From: Alphaproteobacteria bacterium
GTDB taxonomy: Bacteria > Pseudomonadota > Alphaproteobacteria > UBA828
Direction: 5' to 3'
DNA: 64,000 bases
Assembly: GCA_963422645.2 (NCBI GenBank)
Contig: CAXXVO010000007.1
Span: forward strand, 640,001 to 704,000
Shown: positions 34,722-45,323 of the stretch, piece after piece
Numbering within the stretch: position 1 is the stretch's first letter
Layout of the letters: each line of letters opens with the position of its first letter
The notes under the pieces: model-generated
Databases searched by the model: none
The model's input: only the letters and a program-made list of their open reading frames with translations
Told to the model about the DNA's origin: nothing
Translations under genes and position numbers: made by a program

Positions 34722-34921
34722 GGGAGATGAGCCTGCCGCATGGTGGTCTGGCTGCCTGTATCATTCAAATTTTTCTGGACGCAGACTTTCGATTATAGCA
34801 GAACTGTGTGCGTCGATTCATATCGGGGGTGTGAGAGACTACCAAAATGGTTTTTCTACATGAGTTACCTAGTTCACCAACGAGATGTTTGAATGGCTAA
34901 TTCTACAATAGACGCAGCCAT

Positions 34922-35156
34922 GTAACTGCCCAGGTACCCCCTCTCTCTTATGGAACAAGCCAGTTCCTTTTGCGTCAACGCCCCCACGCCGCGGGGGTGC
35001 CTACTCTCTTGAGCGCGAGAGGATGATGAACGCCGCGTCGCGAACAAGATGAGAGGACAGCGATACTCAGGATGAGCCGGAGAAGTTCAGGAGCGCAGTA
35101 TAGGGATCAGCTGCATCGGTTCCGGGTGCGCCAGGATTTGCAGGATGTTCCAGCCT
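34922..35156 (-). mobile_element. IS66 right-end remnant with last codons of a transposase
   Basis: Terminus GTAACTGCCCAGGTACCCC at 34922; 35087-35155 (-) encodes GWNILQILAHPEPMQLIPILRS*, like the TnpC tail GWNIIEAL. Confidence 0.8.
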
Positions 35157-37515
35157 CAGACTTCCTGACCTCTGCTGATTTTAGGTGACACGAGCCGCGC
35201 GGATTCCGAGGCCCCGTCGATGTCGTAGACTATGCGCAGACGGGTGCCGGGGAAGACCGTTTCGGTGGCGTTCAGGTCGCTCAGAACCGCATCGATCCAA
35301 CGGTCGCAGGCGTCGTTTGCGAGGCCAAGAATGTGGACCCGCAGGAGGCCATTGCCAGGATCCGGCAGGATGTCGGCATCGGCGGTGAGCAGCGCTTGAA
35401 GCAGTTTCCGGGGATGGGGCTTGTGGCCCTGCGCCTGCATGACGGGAAGCATCATGCGGGTTTCGGCGCGGTAGGCGATCATCCGGATGACGTCGAGGAG
35501 GAGGCGCTCGCGCGCGGGCAAGGCATCGAGCTGCTCGGCTTCGTCGAGGTCGCCGGCCCGGCAGTGCTTGGGCGTCTCCCTGCGGCTGGCCCTGACGATG
35601 TCGCGGACATCCTGGAGGTCCCTGACTTCCCTCCTGAGTTCCGCCGTCGGCTGCTTCTTCCGGGCCGTGTCGGCGATGCGGTTGCGCAGGCGGCCAAGCT
35701 GGCGGTCGAGGCGATGGATTGCCTTGTCATAGGCCCGCCGCAGCGGGTTGACGACCATGGCGGCGGGATCGAGAGGCTCGAGCTCGTGGGTCGGCAGGGC
35801 GTCGAGATTGAACTCGTCACGCATGTACTTGAAGAAGTTCTCCTGCGACCAGCGCGAGAACATGGCGCCCGCAACCTCAGCCATCGGCTTGTGCGGATCG
35901 GTGGTGATCAGCGGCACCTGACGGCCGTTGTCGAGCAGGCGGCGGATCTGGCGCACCCTGAAGCCGTTCGGCAACGTCACCGGCTTCTCAGCCAGCCGCA
36001 TGGTGGCGCTGCCGTCCGCCGCCGGTCCGTGAATGGGAACGGTCATCGCGCCGAAGTCCTCGGCCGGCCAGTCCTCGCCCCTGAAGTTCTTGTGCCAGGT
36101 CAGGCAGGCGACGCCGCGCCTCGCCAGCCGGCGGAACAGATCCGGGCTCCAGCCCTCGCGGTCGAAGACCAGGGTGAGCGCCGGCTGGCCGGGATGCTCG
36201 GCGGTCAGGTCCGGCGCCCCGGCGCCAACGATCCCAAGCTCCTGCAGCGCCGGCACCACGTCGGCTTCGATGGCCGCGACCATCTTCGGGTCCAGCGGCT
36301 TGTGCAGACAGAGCAGCGGCTTGCCGCCCAGAGCGTTGATCCAGTAGCTGGCGCTCGCCGGCAGGCACAGCTTCTCGCGCGAGACGAAGTGCTTGGGCAA
36401 GCGCCCCTTGCGGCCGGAGTAGACCTTGACGTGCCCGTCGATGGCCAGCGTCGCCCAGAGCTCCGGCTCGTCGGCGCCTGCCAGCGCCTGGCAAGGGCGA
36501 GCTGCCACGCCCGCACGCCGGCCTCGTCGTCGGCGATGAGAGCGATCTTGCGGCGCAGCGTCTTGACCTCGGGGCAGCGATCGAGGCCGAGAATGGCGCC
36601 CCATTCGCCCGGCGCCTGGTAGCGCAGGCTCTCGGGGTTGCGCACCCGCGCCAAGGTCATGAAGGCCAGGAAGAGCAGGATCGTAGGCAAGCCGTAATAG
36701 CCCTTCGGCAGCAATGGCAGGAGACCGGTCTCGGAGAGAAGACCTTCCTTCAGCAGGGCCGGCAGGGCGGCGAGCACGCCGCCGAAGCGGACACCGCGGG
36801 CGGCGGCGGCGAACTGCGGTTCGACCGGCCCCGCCTGTCCACAACTGGCCAGAACCCGAGCCGGAACATCGCAAGTCGCACGCCCCATCGGCGCCTGCCG
36901 GTCCCGCCGATCGCGCGCGCTGCGATCCGTTTGCGGCTGCGCTTCCAGCCCCGGCGCCGTCTCCGGCCCCGGGGCACCGGTACTCTCTTCATCGACACGG
37001 CCTTCAGGAGCCGCACCCGCGTCAGGCGGCGCAGCCAGCGCTGAGCGTCCGGGCTCCCCATCCGCCTCCGTGTTGCCGATCAGTCCCTGACGGCGCCACT
37101 TGTTGACCGATGGCGCTGACACGCCGAGAACCCGGGCCGCCGCAGAGCCGCTCAGGCCCGATGCCAGCAACGCCGTCGCCTTCTCCGCCAACTCCGGAGT
37201 GAACACCGACGGCCCGCGACCGCGCCGGGGCTTCATGAACCCCGCTTCGCCCTCGGCCAGGTAGCGCCGTCGTGCGCGCTGCACCGTCGCGCGCGAGACA
37301 GCGAAAGCGTCAGCCAGTTCCTGCGGCGAGACCGCGCTGATCGCCGCGAGGCGGCCGATCCGCAAGAGCATGGCCGTGCGGTCATCGGCGGCGTGGCTGT
37401 CAAAGGGAATGAGGTTGGAAAAGTAGGTGAAGGTGTCGTCCGAGATCAGGACGGCGAAGCAGCTGTTGCCGATCGAGACCGCCTCTGGAGGGCACATTGG
37501 GAGGGTACTGGGCAT
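35156..37515 (-). pseudogene. Large HTH-DDE transposase with -1 frameshift near 36475 (possibly an assembly error)
   Basis: LGLDRCPEVKTLRRK, IDGHVKVY, VFDREG, RWSQENFFKY, IRMIAYRAE; homologous to element A. Confidence 0.75.
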
Positions 37516-37669
37516 GGTTGAGACCGTGCAATTGGTATCAAATTATACTATCAGACCTCGGGCGCGACACCCAGCGAAAAACCGCCTGAAACAACCGAAA
37601 TGTATCAGAATTCAAGGAGTTCCCGGCACGCTGCCCAGAACAGCCAGCATCACGAGGTCAGGAAGTCTG
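35157..37669 (-). mobile_element. IS of the same poorly classified DDE family (element B), 2513 bp
   Basis: 16-bp IR CAGACTTCCTGACCTC; flanks AGCCT / AAGCT do not form a TSD. Confidence 0.82.
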
Positions 37670-37810
37670 AAGCTATAGCGATTCCATCGAGAATGAGGTG
37701 GACGATTTCTCCAGCAGCGCCGAAGGGCTAGACACGGAGCTGATGACGTTCGCAGAAATTGCTACAGATCACTTGGAATTCGACCGCGGGTATTATGTGT
37801 CTTTGCGAAA

Positions 37811-38839
37811 GGCTCAATTCGCAAAACGTAGGCGCGGTCTGGCCATCGCCGCCTCGAGGCACGCTCTGGGCGATGGCTGACCGCCGAGTTCGATGAGATG
37901 GAACCACCTCAGATAGCTGTCCAGGTACTTGGTGGCGATGCCGCGGAAGCCGCGCAGGAAGCCCTTGATCTGGCTGTGGCGGCTATTGACCGTCTGGATG
38001 TGCAGCGCGCCCCGGACCCGCTCGTCAGCAGAAGCGTTGATGCTCTCGTGAGGGATGTCGAGCGCCGCCGCGACGGGCGGATAGCAGCGCTTGGCGTCGG
38101 AGACGAGCAGCGCATCCGCTGCGACGACCGGCTCCAGCACCTCCTTCACGCTCTTTGCGTTGAGGGCGGGCAGGCTATGGCTGAGGGTCTCGCCCGCACG
38201 GTCGGCGGCGACCAGGATCGGCACCTGCTCGCGCGAGAGGCCGCGTTTGCGGGCCTTGCCGCCGCGACGGCGCGGCTTGCGATCCAGCTTCCGCTCCCCC
38301 TTGCGGCTCTCGAGAACGAAGGTCTCGTCGGCCTCGACAATCCCGGCAAGCCGGTCCGGCGCTTGCCGAACCGCCGCCAGGAAGCGGTGGCGCCAGCGAT
38401 GCGCCGTGCTCGGCGCAATCCCGCAGCGCTCGGCGGACTCCTTGATCGTCTCGCCCTCGGCAAGCGAGGCGCCGAAGGCCAGCCAGCGCTCCTTGTGGTG
38501 CAGCCCTGACAGCGCCGTGCCCGTGAGTGCACCGAAGGTCTTCCCGCAGTCCTTGCACCGGAAGCGGCGAAGACCTCGCGCCTTGCCCCGCGACACCGCC
38601 CCGCCTGCGCCGCAATGCGGACAGCGCCGCTCGTCATCCACGCCCAGCTCGATCGCCGCCAGCGAGGCCGCGCCCTCCGGAGGCTCCGACAGCACCGCCC
38701 CGACCTCCTTGCGCTGCGCCGCCGTCAACTCATCGACACGCGAGAACCACTCCCGAAACCGCTCGTGATCCATCTGCCTGACCTCCAAGGCGAACCGGGA
38801 AAGATTCTATCACAATGCATACGATTCACGAATTGCGCC
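37811..38839 (-). mobile_element. IS1595-family element, 1029 bp
   Basis: IR GGC(T/G)CAATTCG; 8-bp TSD TTGCGAAA (37803-37810 and 38840-38847). Confidence 0.9.
37814..38773 (-). CDS. IS1595 transposase
   Basis: CPHC..CKDC zinc ribbon, VEADETF, LVSD, HIQTVNS, GIATKYLDSYL. Confidence 0.9.
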   Translation of the reverse strand: MDHERFREWFSRVDELTAAQRKEVGAVLSEPPEGAASLAAIELGVDDERRCPHCGAGGAVSRGKARGLRRFRCKDCGKTFGALTGTALSGLHHKERWLAFGASLAEGETIKESAERCGIAPSTAHRWRHRFLAAVRQAPDRLAGIVEADETFVLESRKGERKLDRKPRRRGGKARKRGLSREQVPILVAADRAGETLSHSLPALNAKSVKEVLEPVVAADALLVSDAKRCYPPVAAALDIPHESINASADERVRGALHIQTVNSRHSQIKGFLRGFRGIATKYLDSYLRWFHLIELGGQPSPRACLEAAMARPRLRFAN

Positions 38840-39044
38840 TTGCGAAAAAGGATTTCAGTTGTTCTTGGAGATGGAAGGGAGATCATTGCTATCGTTCCAG
38901 ATTCGGAGTTCACCTTCCGCGCCCATGAAGATGCTCTCATAGGATTACAGGAGGCTGCAAGGAATCTTAGGGGAGCGATGGAGGGCGGGAAGGAGTTCTA
39001 TCAAGGGCTTGCGACATACATTGAGACACGGGACGACTTCATTC

Positions 39045-40058
39045 TCAGCGTACAGAGGAATAAGCTGAGCTTCTTTGGCTTCCTCGACGAAGTTTTTTCG
39101 TAAGGCACATATCACTGAGCGGCCAGGCAATCAGGTCTTCGTACCTCAGTCTCTTCCCGATCATGCCCCGCACCAGCGCGGCCATCTGGTCGATGGTGTC
39201 CAGGTCGCGGATGTTGTTCCGGCCCGTGAACTCCCGAACGTAGCGATCCAGGTGCTTCTCGGACAGATGGTGGAATGTGCCGTGGTAGCCCCTCTTGAAG
39301 AGCGACCAGAAGGATTCGATGCCATTGGTGTGCACGTCGTCGCGGACATATTCGCCGCGCGAATGCACGACGCTCTCATGATGGGGCAGGCCTGAATAGC
39401 TCTTGGACTCGTCGGTGTAGACCATAGCGTCAGGCGCGGCCTGCGCTGCGACGAAGTTGCTCAAGGTGAGCCGGGTAGTATCTGGCACCACTTCGGCAGA
39501 GACGCGCTTGGTGGCGCGGTCCTTGGCGCCCGCGACGACGGCCTTGCCAACCCCGCCACGACCCGCACGCAGCTTCTTGTTGGCGTGCTTGTTCTTCTCC
39601 TTGCCCCCGATGTACGTCTCGTCCGCCTCGACCGGGCCAGGGAAGGGCTTGTTCTCGCCTTCGATGAAGCCCTCGCGGATGCGCTGCATCAGGAACCATG
39701 CGGTGGCCTGGCGGATGCCGACCTCGCGATAGAGCTTCATACTGGACGTACCCTTGATGCCCGTGGTCATCATGTAGAGCGCGATGGCCCACTTCTGGAG
39801 CCCGAGCTTGCTGGACTGCATGACCGTGCCCTTGCGGACGGAGAAGTGATGCCGGCAGTCCCGGCAGCGGTAGGGCATGGGCTTCCGGCTCGCGACGGCC
39901 ACCGTGTTGGTTGAGCCGCAATCGGGGCAGAACCGGCCTTTGGGCCAGCGCTGCTGTTCAAACCACGTCTCAGCAGCAGCATCGTCGGGGAACTGGCGTA
40001 GCAGCTCCATGACCGTCATGCCTGAGCGGTGGGAGCGTCCCGGTGCCTTCTGTGTCAT
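39045..40058 (-). CDS. Second IS1595-family transposase (C-terminus reads through)
   Basis: CPDC..CRDC, VEADETYIGGK, YTDE, HTNGIESFW, KHLDRY; the usual RL.Y.DLIA end is followed by TGG instead of a stop. Confidence 0.88.
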   Translation of the reverse strand: MTQKAPGRSHRSGMTVMELLRQFPDDAAAETWFEQQRWPKGRFCPDCGSTNTVAVASRKPMPYRCRDCRHHFSVRKGTVMQSSKLGLQKWAIALYMMTTGIKGTSSMKLYREVGIRQATAWFLMQRIREGFIEGENKPFPGPVEADETYIGGKEKNKHANKKLRAGRGGVGKAVVAGAKDRATKRVSAEVVPDTTRLTLSNFVAAQAAPDAMVYTDESKSYSGLPHHESVVHSRGEYVRDDVHTNGIESFWSLFKRGYHGTFHHLSEKHLDRYVREFTGRNNIRDLDTIDQMAALVRGMIGKRLRYEDLIAWPLSDMCLTKKLRRGSQRSSAYSSVR

Positions 40059-40125
40059 GCCAGCCTCCAATCTTGGCTAGTATAGTGTCATAAATGTGTG
40101 GGGCCGTCAATGACGAAATGGCTAG

Positions 40126-41742
40126 CCCCAATTATTCACGGCGTGTCTGATTTTGGGGTGGCGGACGTAGCGTAAGCCGTTGCCATCGGGTAGGAATTCG
40201 TTGTCCGAGCGTCTTCCTCTCCGAACAACGAAAACGCCACGCCCGCCATGACCGACGATAGCCTTCTCCCCTTCGATCTGCCAAGCGTCCAACGCAAGAA
40301 GGTGAGTGCCGCCTTCGATGGTGGCCTGATCTCGTCTGACGGCGGCCTCGTCCTGTTGCGCGGGGCGGAGCGCCGCTTGCGCCTCGCCGAGACCCTGGCA
40401 GGCTGCATCCGCGACCGGCGCAATCAGGCGCAGGTGGTCCACTCGCTCTCGGCCATGCTGCGCTTTCGCATGCTGGCGATCGCCTGCGGTTACGAGGATG
40501 CCGACGACTGCGACGCGCTCCGCACGGACCCCCTGTTCAAGCTCGCCGCGGGCCAGGCGCCGGAGAGCGGGGGCGCGCTCTGCTCGCAGCCGACCATGAG
40601 CCGCCTGGAGAACGCACCGTCCCGCATCGAGGTGGCGCGCATGACGGCGGCGCTGGTCGATCTCTTCTGCCGCTCCTTTCCCGCCCCTCCCGCCGCCATC
40701 ACCCTGGATATCGACGACACCTGCGATGCCGTGCACGGCCACCAGCAGCTCTCGCTCTTCCACGCCCATTACGACACGCGCTGCTTTCTCCCCGTCCACG
40801 TCTACCATGTGGAGAGCGGCAAGCCGGTGGCGGTCCTCCTGCGCCCGGGAAAGACGCCGTCCGGGCCTGAGGTCCGCACCCTGCTGAAGCATCTGGTCCG
40901 CCGTATACGCCGCCACTGGCCCCGCACCCGGCTCACCTTCCGCGGAGATTCCCACTACGGCCGCCCGCAGGCCATGGCCTGGTGCGAGGAGAACGGCGTC
41001 GACTACATCTTCGGCCTCGCGGGCAATCGCGCGCTGCATGCCCTCGCCTACGAGGTGGCCGACGACCTCAAGGTGCGCCGCGCCGAGGCCGGCGCAGACA
41101 GGATGCGCAGCTTCGCCGCCTTCGCCTACGCCGCCCGCTCCTGGGGCCGCGAACGCCGGGTCGTCGCCAGGCTAGAGGCGAGCACGCGCGGCTTCGACGC
41201 CCGCTATATCGTCACCTCGCTCAGCGGCGAGCCCCGCCATCTCTACGAAGTCCTCTACTGCGCCCGCGGCCAGGCCGAGAACCTGATCAAGCTGCACAAG
41301 GGCCAGCTCGCCTCGGACCGGACCTCTTGCCAAAGCCCGCTCGCCAACCAGCTCAGGCTGGTCCTGCACACCGGCGCCTACTGGCTCATGCTCGCCCTGC
41401 GCGACGCCATTCCCCGTGCTGCGCCGCTCGCCCGCGCCGAGTTCGCCACTCTCAGGCTGCGCCTGCTCAAGATCGGTGCCCGCGTCATCGAAAAGGCCGC
41501 CCGCATCCGTATCCACTTCTCCTCTGCCTGCCCGGACGCCGCCCTCTTCCGCCTGCTCGCAGGGCGCCTCGCAGCAGCAGGCCCCTGACCGCCGGGGCGC
41601 CGTGCCCCGTAAACCCGAACTCCCCCTCAACCCCCAACGCCTGTCACAACAAAGCTCGAAACCGGATGCCTATGGCGTCAGGGGGAAAGCTCACGCCGTG
41701 CCATCGTGACCTCCAAAGGCAACGCAGGATGAATAGGTCAGG
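40126..41742 (+). mobile_element. IS1380-family element
   Basis: Ends CCCCAATTATTCA / CCTGACCTATTCA; 4-bp TSD CTAG (40122-40125 and 41743-41746). Confidence 0.88.
40248..41588 (+). CDS. IS1380 transposase
   Basis: FDGG.ISSDGG, GYEDADD, SQPTMSRLEN, LDID, RGDS, YCARGQAENLIK. Confidence 0.92.
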   Translation: MTDDSLLPFDLPSVQRKKVSAAFDGGLISSDGGLVLLRGAERRLRLAETLAGCIRDRRNQAQVVHSLSAMLRFRMLAIACGYEDADDCDALRTDPLFKLAAGQAPESGGALCSQPTMSRLENAPSRIEVARMTAALVDLFCRSFPAPPAAITLDIDDTCDAVHGHQQLSLFHAHYDTRCFLPVHVYHVESGKPVAVLLRPGKTPSGPEVRTLLKHLVRRIRRHWPRTRLTFRGDSHYGRPQAMAWCEENGVDYIFGLAGNRALHALAYEVADDLKVRRAEAGADRMRSFAAFAYAARSWGRERRVVARLEASTRGFDARYIVTSLSGEPRHLYEVLYCARGQAENLIKLHKGQLASDRTSCQSPLANQLRLVLHTGAYWLMLALRDAIPRAAPLARAEFATLRLRLLKIGARVIEKAARIRIHFSSACPDAALFRLLAGRLAAAGP

Positions 41743-42418
41743 CTAGTTAGGCGTATAAGCCCCAAGAATTTGATCCGAGGCAAGAAGTGCCAGCATCAGG
41801 GCTAGCGGTCGTGAGCTCCGCCTCTTTGTCGAACAGCCTCCCCTGGAGTATCCATTCAGTCAGGCCGTAGAGTCGGCCGGCCCGCGGGTGCGCCCGAAAC
41901 GAACAGCCGACCTGTTTCATGCCACAGGGGCCGATCACTGCCTCCGCCCAACCAGAATCACGGCCAGACCGAACGCATACATGTCAGCAGCCGTCAGACA
42001 CGCGCACCGCTTCAATTTCCGGTGCACGCCAATCGTTTGCCAGCCAAGACAAGGCGTGGCTCACACGGGACTGGCGACCTCGAAATATCCCTGTATCCCT
42101 GCCGGTTTCTTGAATTGCGGGATCGGCTGCCCCGTGCGCGGCCTTCAGATTGGGCATCAGAGAGTAAATCCTTGAATCAGACGGCGGTGAACGCGAGATT
42201 TCGACCACAGACACCCACGCTGTATGTCTGACTTTTTGACAAGCCTCATTGGATACACGCTAACCCATTTGTCAGTTTCGACAATGATGGGTTAGCATTA
42301 GAGTCTGATCCAGACTTGGTGTTGTCAGGCGCTTGTAGACCACGGTTATCGGCACATGATAGGCCAGATCAACAATTCACATTCCCTCAAGCGCTAGATG
42401 TCGGTCGGTGCTTAGGTT

Positions 42419-42531
42419 CAGACTTCCTGGCCTCGTGATGCTGGCTGTTCTGGGCAGCGTGCCGGGAACTCCTTGAATTCTGATACATTTCGGTTGTTTC
42501 AGGCGGTTTTTCGCTGGGTGTCGCGCCCGAG
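42419..42531 (+). mobile_element. Left-end fragment of another copy of element B, truncated at IS21
   Basis: 113 bp inverted near-identical copy of 37557-37669 (one visible mismatch). Confidence 0.85.
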
Positions 42532-42733
42532 TGTCAATCGGCTTTCAATACTGACCCCCGATCGGCGTGCAAAATTGACCCCCCTGAGTGGCACGGCGGA
42601 GGTTGTCCCGGTAGCCAATAGGGGGGACCCGCGCGGCTTCGTGTGGCGCCCTGCGCTACGCGGAGCGAAGCCGCGTGGGGGGTCCCTGTTGGCCCACCGG
42701 GGCAACCGGGCCGCAAGGGAGGCCGGCGGCGGG

Positions 42734-43462
42734 TCAGGAGCGGTTCTTGAAGCGCCAGCTCTCGTTGCCGGTCTCGATGATCTCGCAATGATGGGTGAGG
42801 CGATCGAGCAGCGCTGTGGTCATCTTGGGGTCGCCGAAGACGGATGGCCATTCGCCGAAGGCGAGGTTTGTGGTGATGACGATCGAGGTGCGCTCGTAGA
42901 GCCGGCTCATCAGATGGAAGAGCAGCTGCCCACCGGCCTGGGCGAAGGGCAGGTAGCCGAGCTCGTCGAGGATGACGAAGTCGCGGCGGACGAGCTGGTC
43001 TGCAGTGCGGCCCTGGCGTCCGGCGCGAAGCTCGGCCTCGAGGAGGTTGACCAGGTCGACGACGTTGTAGCACCGGCCGCGCGCGCCCTTGCGGATGCAG
43101 GACCGCGCGATGGCGACGGCGAGATGGGTCTTGCCGGTACCGGTGCCGCCGACCAGCACGATGTTGCGTTTGCCCTCGAGGAAGCCGCCGCCGGCGAGCT
43201 CCTGGATCAGGGGCTCGTTGACCGGCGAGGCGGCGAAGTCGAAGTCGGCCAGCTCCTTGACCGTCGGCAGCTTGGCGGAGGCCATCTGGTACTTGATCGA
43301 GCGGGCCCTCTTGTCGGCGATCTCGACCTGCAGCAGCGTACCGATGATCTGTTGCACCGGATGGCGGCGCTTGAGCCCGTCGGCAAGGATGTCGTCGTAA
43401 GCGGCGCGCATACCTGCGAGCTTCAGCTGGGTCATCATCTCCAGCACATCATGACGCTCCAT
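42734..43462 (-). CDS. istB: IS21 helper ATPase IstB
   Basis: [31 protein letters not shown]. Confidence 0.93.
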   Translation of the reverse strand: MERHDVLEMMTQLKLAGMRAAYDDILADGLKRRHPVQQIIGTLLQVEIADKRARSIKYQMASAKLPTVKELADFDFAASPVNEPLIQELAGGGFLEGKRNIVLVGGTGTGKTHLAVAIARSCIRKGARGRCYNVVDLVNLLEAELRAGRQGRTADQLVRRDFVILDELGYLPFAQAGGQLLFHLMSRLYERTSIVITTNLAFGEWPSVFGDPKMTTALLDRLTHHCEIIETGNESWRFKNRS

Positions 43463-44963
43463 GACCGGCCTCCCTCAGGCTGTCGTAGCGCTGACAGTCG
43501 GCTACCGGCTTGTGGCGAAGCTGCAGGCCCTCGGGCGTCGGGATGATTGCCGGCGGTGCCGGCTGGCGCTGCCGGGCGAGGATGTTGAGCACCACGTCGG
43601 CGCTGCAGGCACCGCAGTCGAGCGTCTCGGCACAGGCCGCCTCAACCGCCTCCAGTCCGTCCTCCAGCACCGCCGCGAGCACCTTGACGAACTGCCGGTC
43701 GCCGTCGTCGTGGCCCGCGAGCCGGGTTCGCAGGCGGCCGAGCGCGTTGGGCAACTGCCAGTCCTTGAAGGGCGCGCCATTGCGTAGCGCGCCGGGCTTC
43801 CGCGTCAGGATCGGCACGTAATGCCACGGATCGTAGACGAACCGGCCGCGCCCGAAGCTGCGGGGGTGCTCGGCAACGGTCTCGCCGTCCTGGCGGATGA
43901 CGATCCGATCGGCATAGGCCCGCACGTCCACCGGCCGGCCGACGGCGCGGGCCGCGACGCTGTACTGGTTGTTGTCGAAGCGCACCAGACAGGTCTTCGA
44001 GACCGACACCTCGCTGGCATGGAAGCCGTCGAAGGGGCCGCGATACGCCATCAGGAAGGGCTGCTCCTCCTCGAACACCTGCCACACCGTCTTGCCCGGG
44101 ATTGTCGGATGCGGATGCTTCTTGGCGTCCTCGATGCACCGATCCATCAGCCACTCGTTGATCTCGGCGTAGGAGCGGCCCCGCGGGATGGGCACGAACA
44201 GGCGGCCGCGAAGGTCACCCACCTGCTTCTCGACCTGCCCCTTCTCCCAGCCAGCCCCTGGCGTGCACGCCACAGGCTCCACCAGATGGTGCGAGCACAG
44301 CTCCTGGAAGCGGCGGTTGTAGTCCCGCTTCTTGCCCACGAAGATCGTGCTCACCGCCGTCTTCATGTTGTCGTAGATGCCCCGCCGGCAGACCCCGCCG
44401 AAGAAGCGGAAGGCACGCTCGTGCGCCTCGAAGACCATCTCCTGGCTCTCGCGGGGAAAGATCTGGACCAGATACATCCGGCTGTGGCACAGCCGCATGT
44501 GCGCCGCCTTCACCCTGGTCGTCGCGCCCGACAGACGCGCGTACTCGTGGCTCCAGTCGAACTGGTAGGCCTCGCCGGGATCGAAGATCAGCGGCACATA
44601 GGCCTGCGCCGGCGACAACAGCCGCCACCGGCGCCGCCAGGCCCTGGCATAGCGGCGAACCGCGTCATAGCCGCCCTTGTAGCCCAGCGACACAAGGTCT
44701 TCATGAATCCGCAGAAGAGACAGCCGATCCTTGCGTGCCTTCTTCTCGTTGGCCTTCAGCTGGCGCTCAAGCTCCTCCACCCACAGCCCAAGCTTCGGCA
44801 TCGGCTGGATCTTGCGCTCGTAGCTGTGCGAGGTCGCATCGCCCCGCACCACCTTGCGTATCGTGTTCTTGGAAACCCTCAAATCCCGGGCGAGCTTCTT
44901 GATCGGAACGCCCTTCACCAGATGATCCCGACGGATCTTCGCGATCGTTTCCACAACCAGCAT
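43449..44963 (-). CDS. istA: IS21 transposase IstA
   Basis: HTH N-term, [34 protein letters not shown]. Confidence 0.93.
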   Translation of the reverse strand: MLVVETIAKIRRDHLVKGVPIKKLARDLRVSKNTIRKVVRGDATSHSYERKIQPMPKLGLWVEELERQLKANEKKARKDRLSLLRIHEDLVSLGYKGGYDAVRRYARAWRRRWRLLSPAQAYVPLIFDPGEAYQFDWSHEYARLSGATTRVKAAHMRLCHSRMYLVQIFPRESQEMVFEAHERAFRFFGGVCRRGIYDNMKTAVSTIFVGKKRDYNRRFQELCSHHLVEPVACTPGAGWEKGQVEKQVGDLRGRLFVPIPRGRSYAEINEWLMDRCIEDAKKHPHPTIPGKTVWQVFEEEQPFLMAYRGPFDGFHASEVSVSKTCLVRFDNNQYSVAARAVGRPVDVRAYADRIVIRQDGETVAEHPRSFGRGRFVYDPWHYVPILTRKPGALRNGAPFKDWQLPNALGRLRTRLAGHDDGDRQFVKVLAAVLEDGLEAVEAACAETLDCGACSADVVLNILARQRQPAPPAIIPTPEGLQLRHKPVADCQRYDSLREAGHGAS

Positions 44964-45082
44964 CTCCCCCACCACCCCGTCCGTCCAAACGACGAGGTGT
45001 GTTCATGGACACAAATCCAAGGGGGTCAATTTTGGACGCCGATCACCCCCAATAGGGGGTCACTTTTCCACGCTTAACAACA

Positions 45083-45309
45083 TGGATGGGACCTCCGGCA
45101 AGCACTACGTCACCTTCGAGGTCGCCTCGAGCAGGCTATTCTCGTCGCCGACGCGGTATTTCGACAGATACCTATCCACTATTCACTATATAGGATGGCG
45201 GGCGCCGTTCTCCGGCGCGGTCTACGTCCGCGCTAGATTCACGACCCTGGCGATGGACGCAGGATCACGAGGCCCCTGGTCGGTCACCTACACCCATCGG
45301 GCGTCCTAG
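45083..45309 (+). pseudogene. C-terminal fragment of an unknown (FN3-like, possibly phage tail) protein cut by IS21
   Basis: The ATG is created by the IS21 terminus; VRAR...GSRGPWS resembles the final strands of an FN3 domain. Confidence 0.35.
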
Positions 45310-45323
45310 GAGATTCGACGGCG

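Larger units (their letters stand above)
37671..39103 (+). pseudogene. Lower-GC unknown ORF remnant, 5'-truncated by element B and split by IS1595
   Basis: Removing 37811-38839 plus one TSD rejoins ...DRGYYVSLRK to RISVVLGDGRE...DEVFS* in frame. Confidence 0.6.
42532..45082 (-). mobile_element. IS21-family element
   Basis: TGT...ACA termini with repeated TGACCCC motifs at both ends; istA-istB; no TSD. Confidence 0.88.

Noticed and set aside
34722-34921. AT-rich spacers (also 31117-31492 and 42230-42418) as genes or ncRNAs
   Set aside because: No convincing ORF, repeat or recognisable RNA structure
39104-41763. Exact boundaries of the second IS1595 (GGCACATATCACT vs GGCTTATACGCCT)
   Set aside because: Weak IR match and no TSD, so only the transposase is reported
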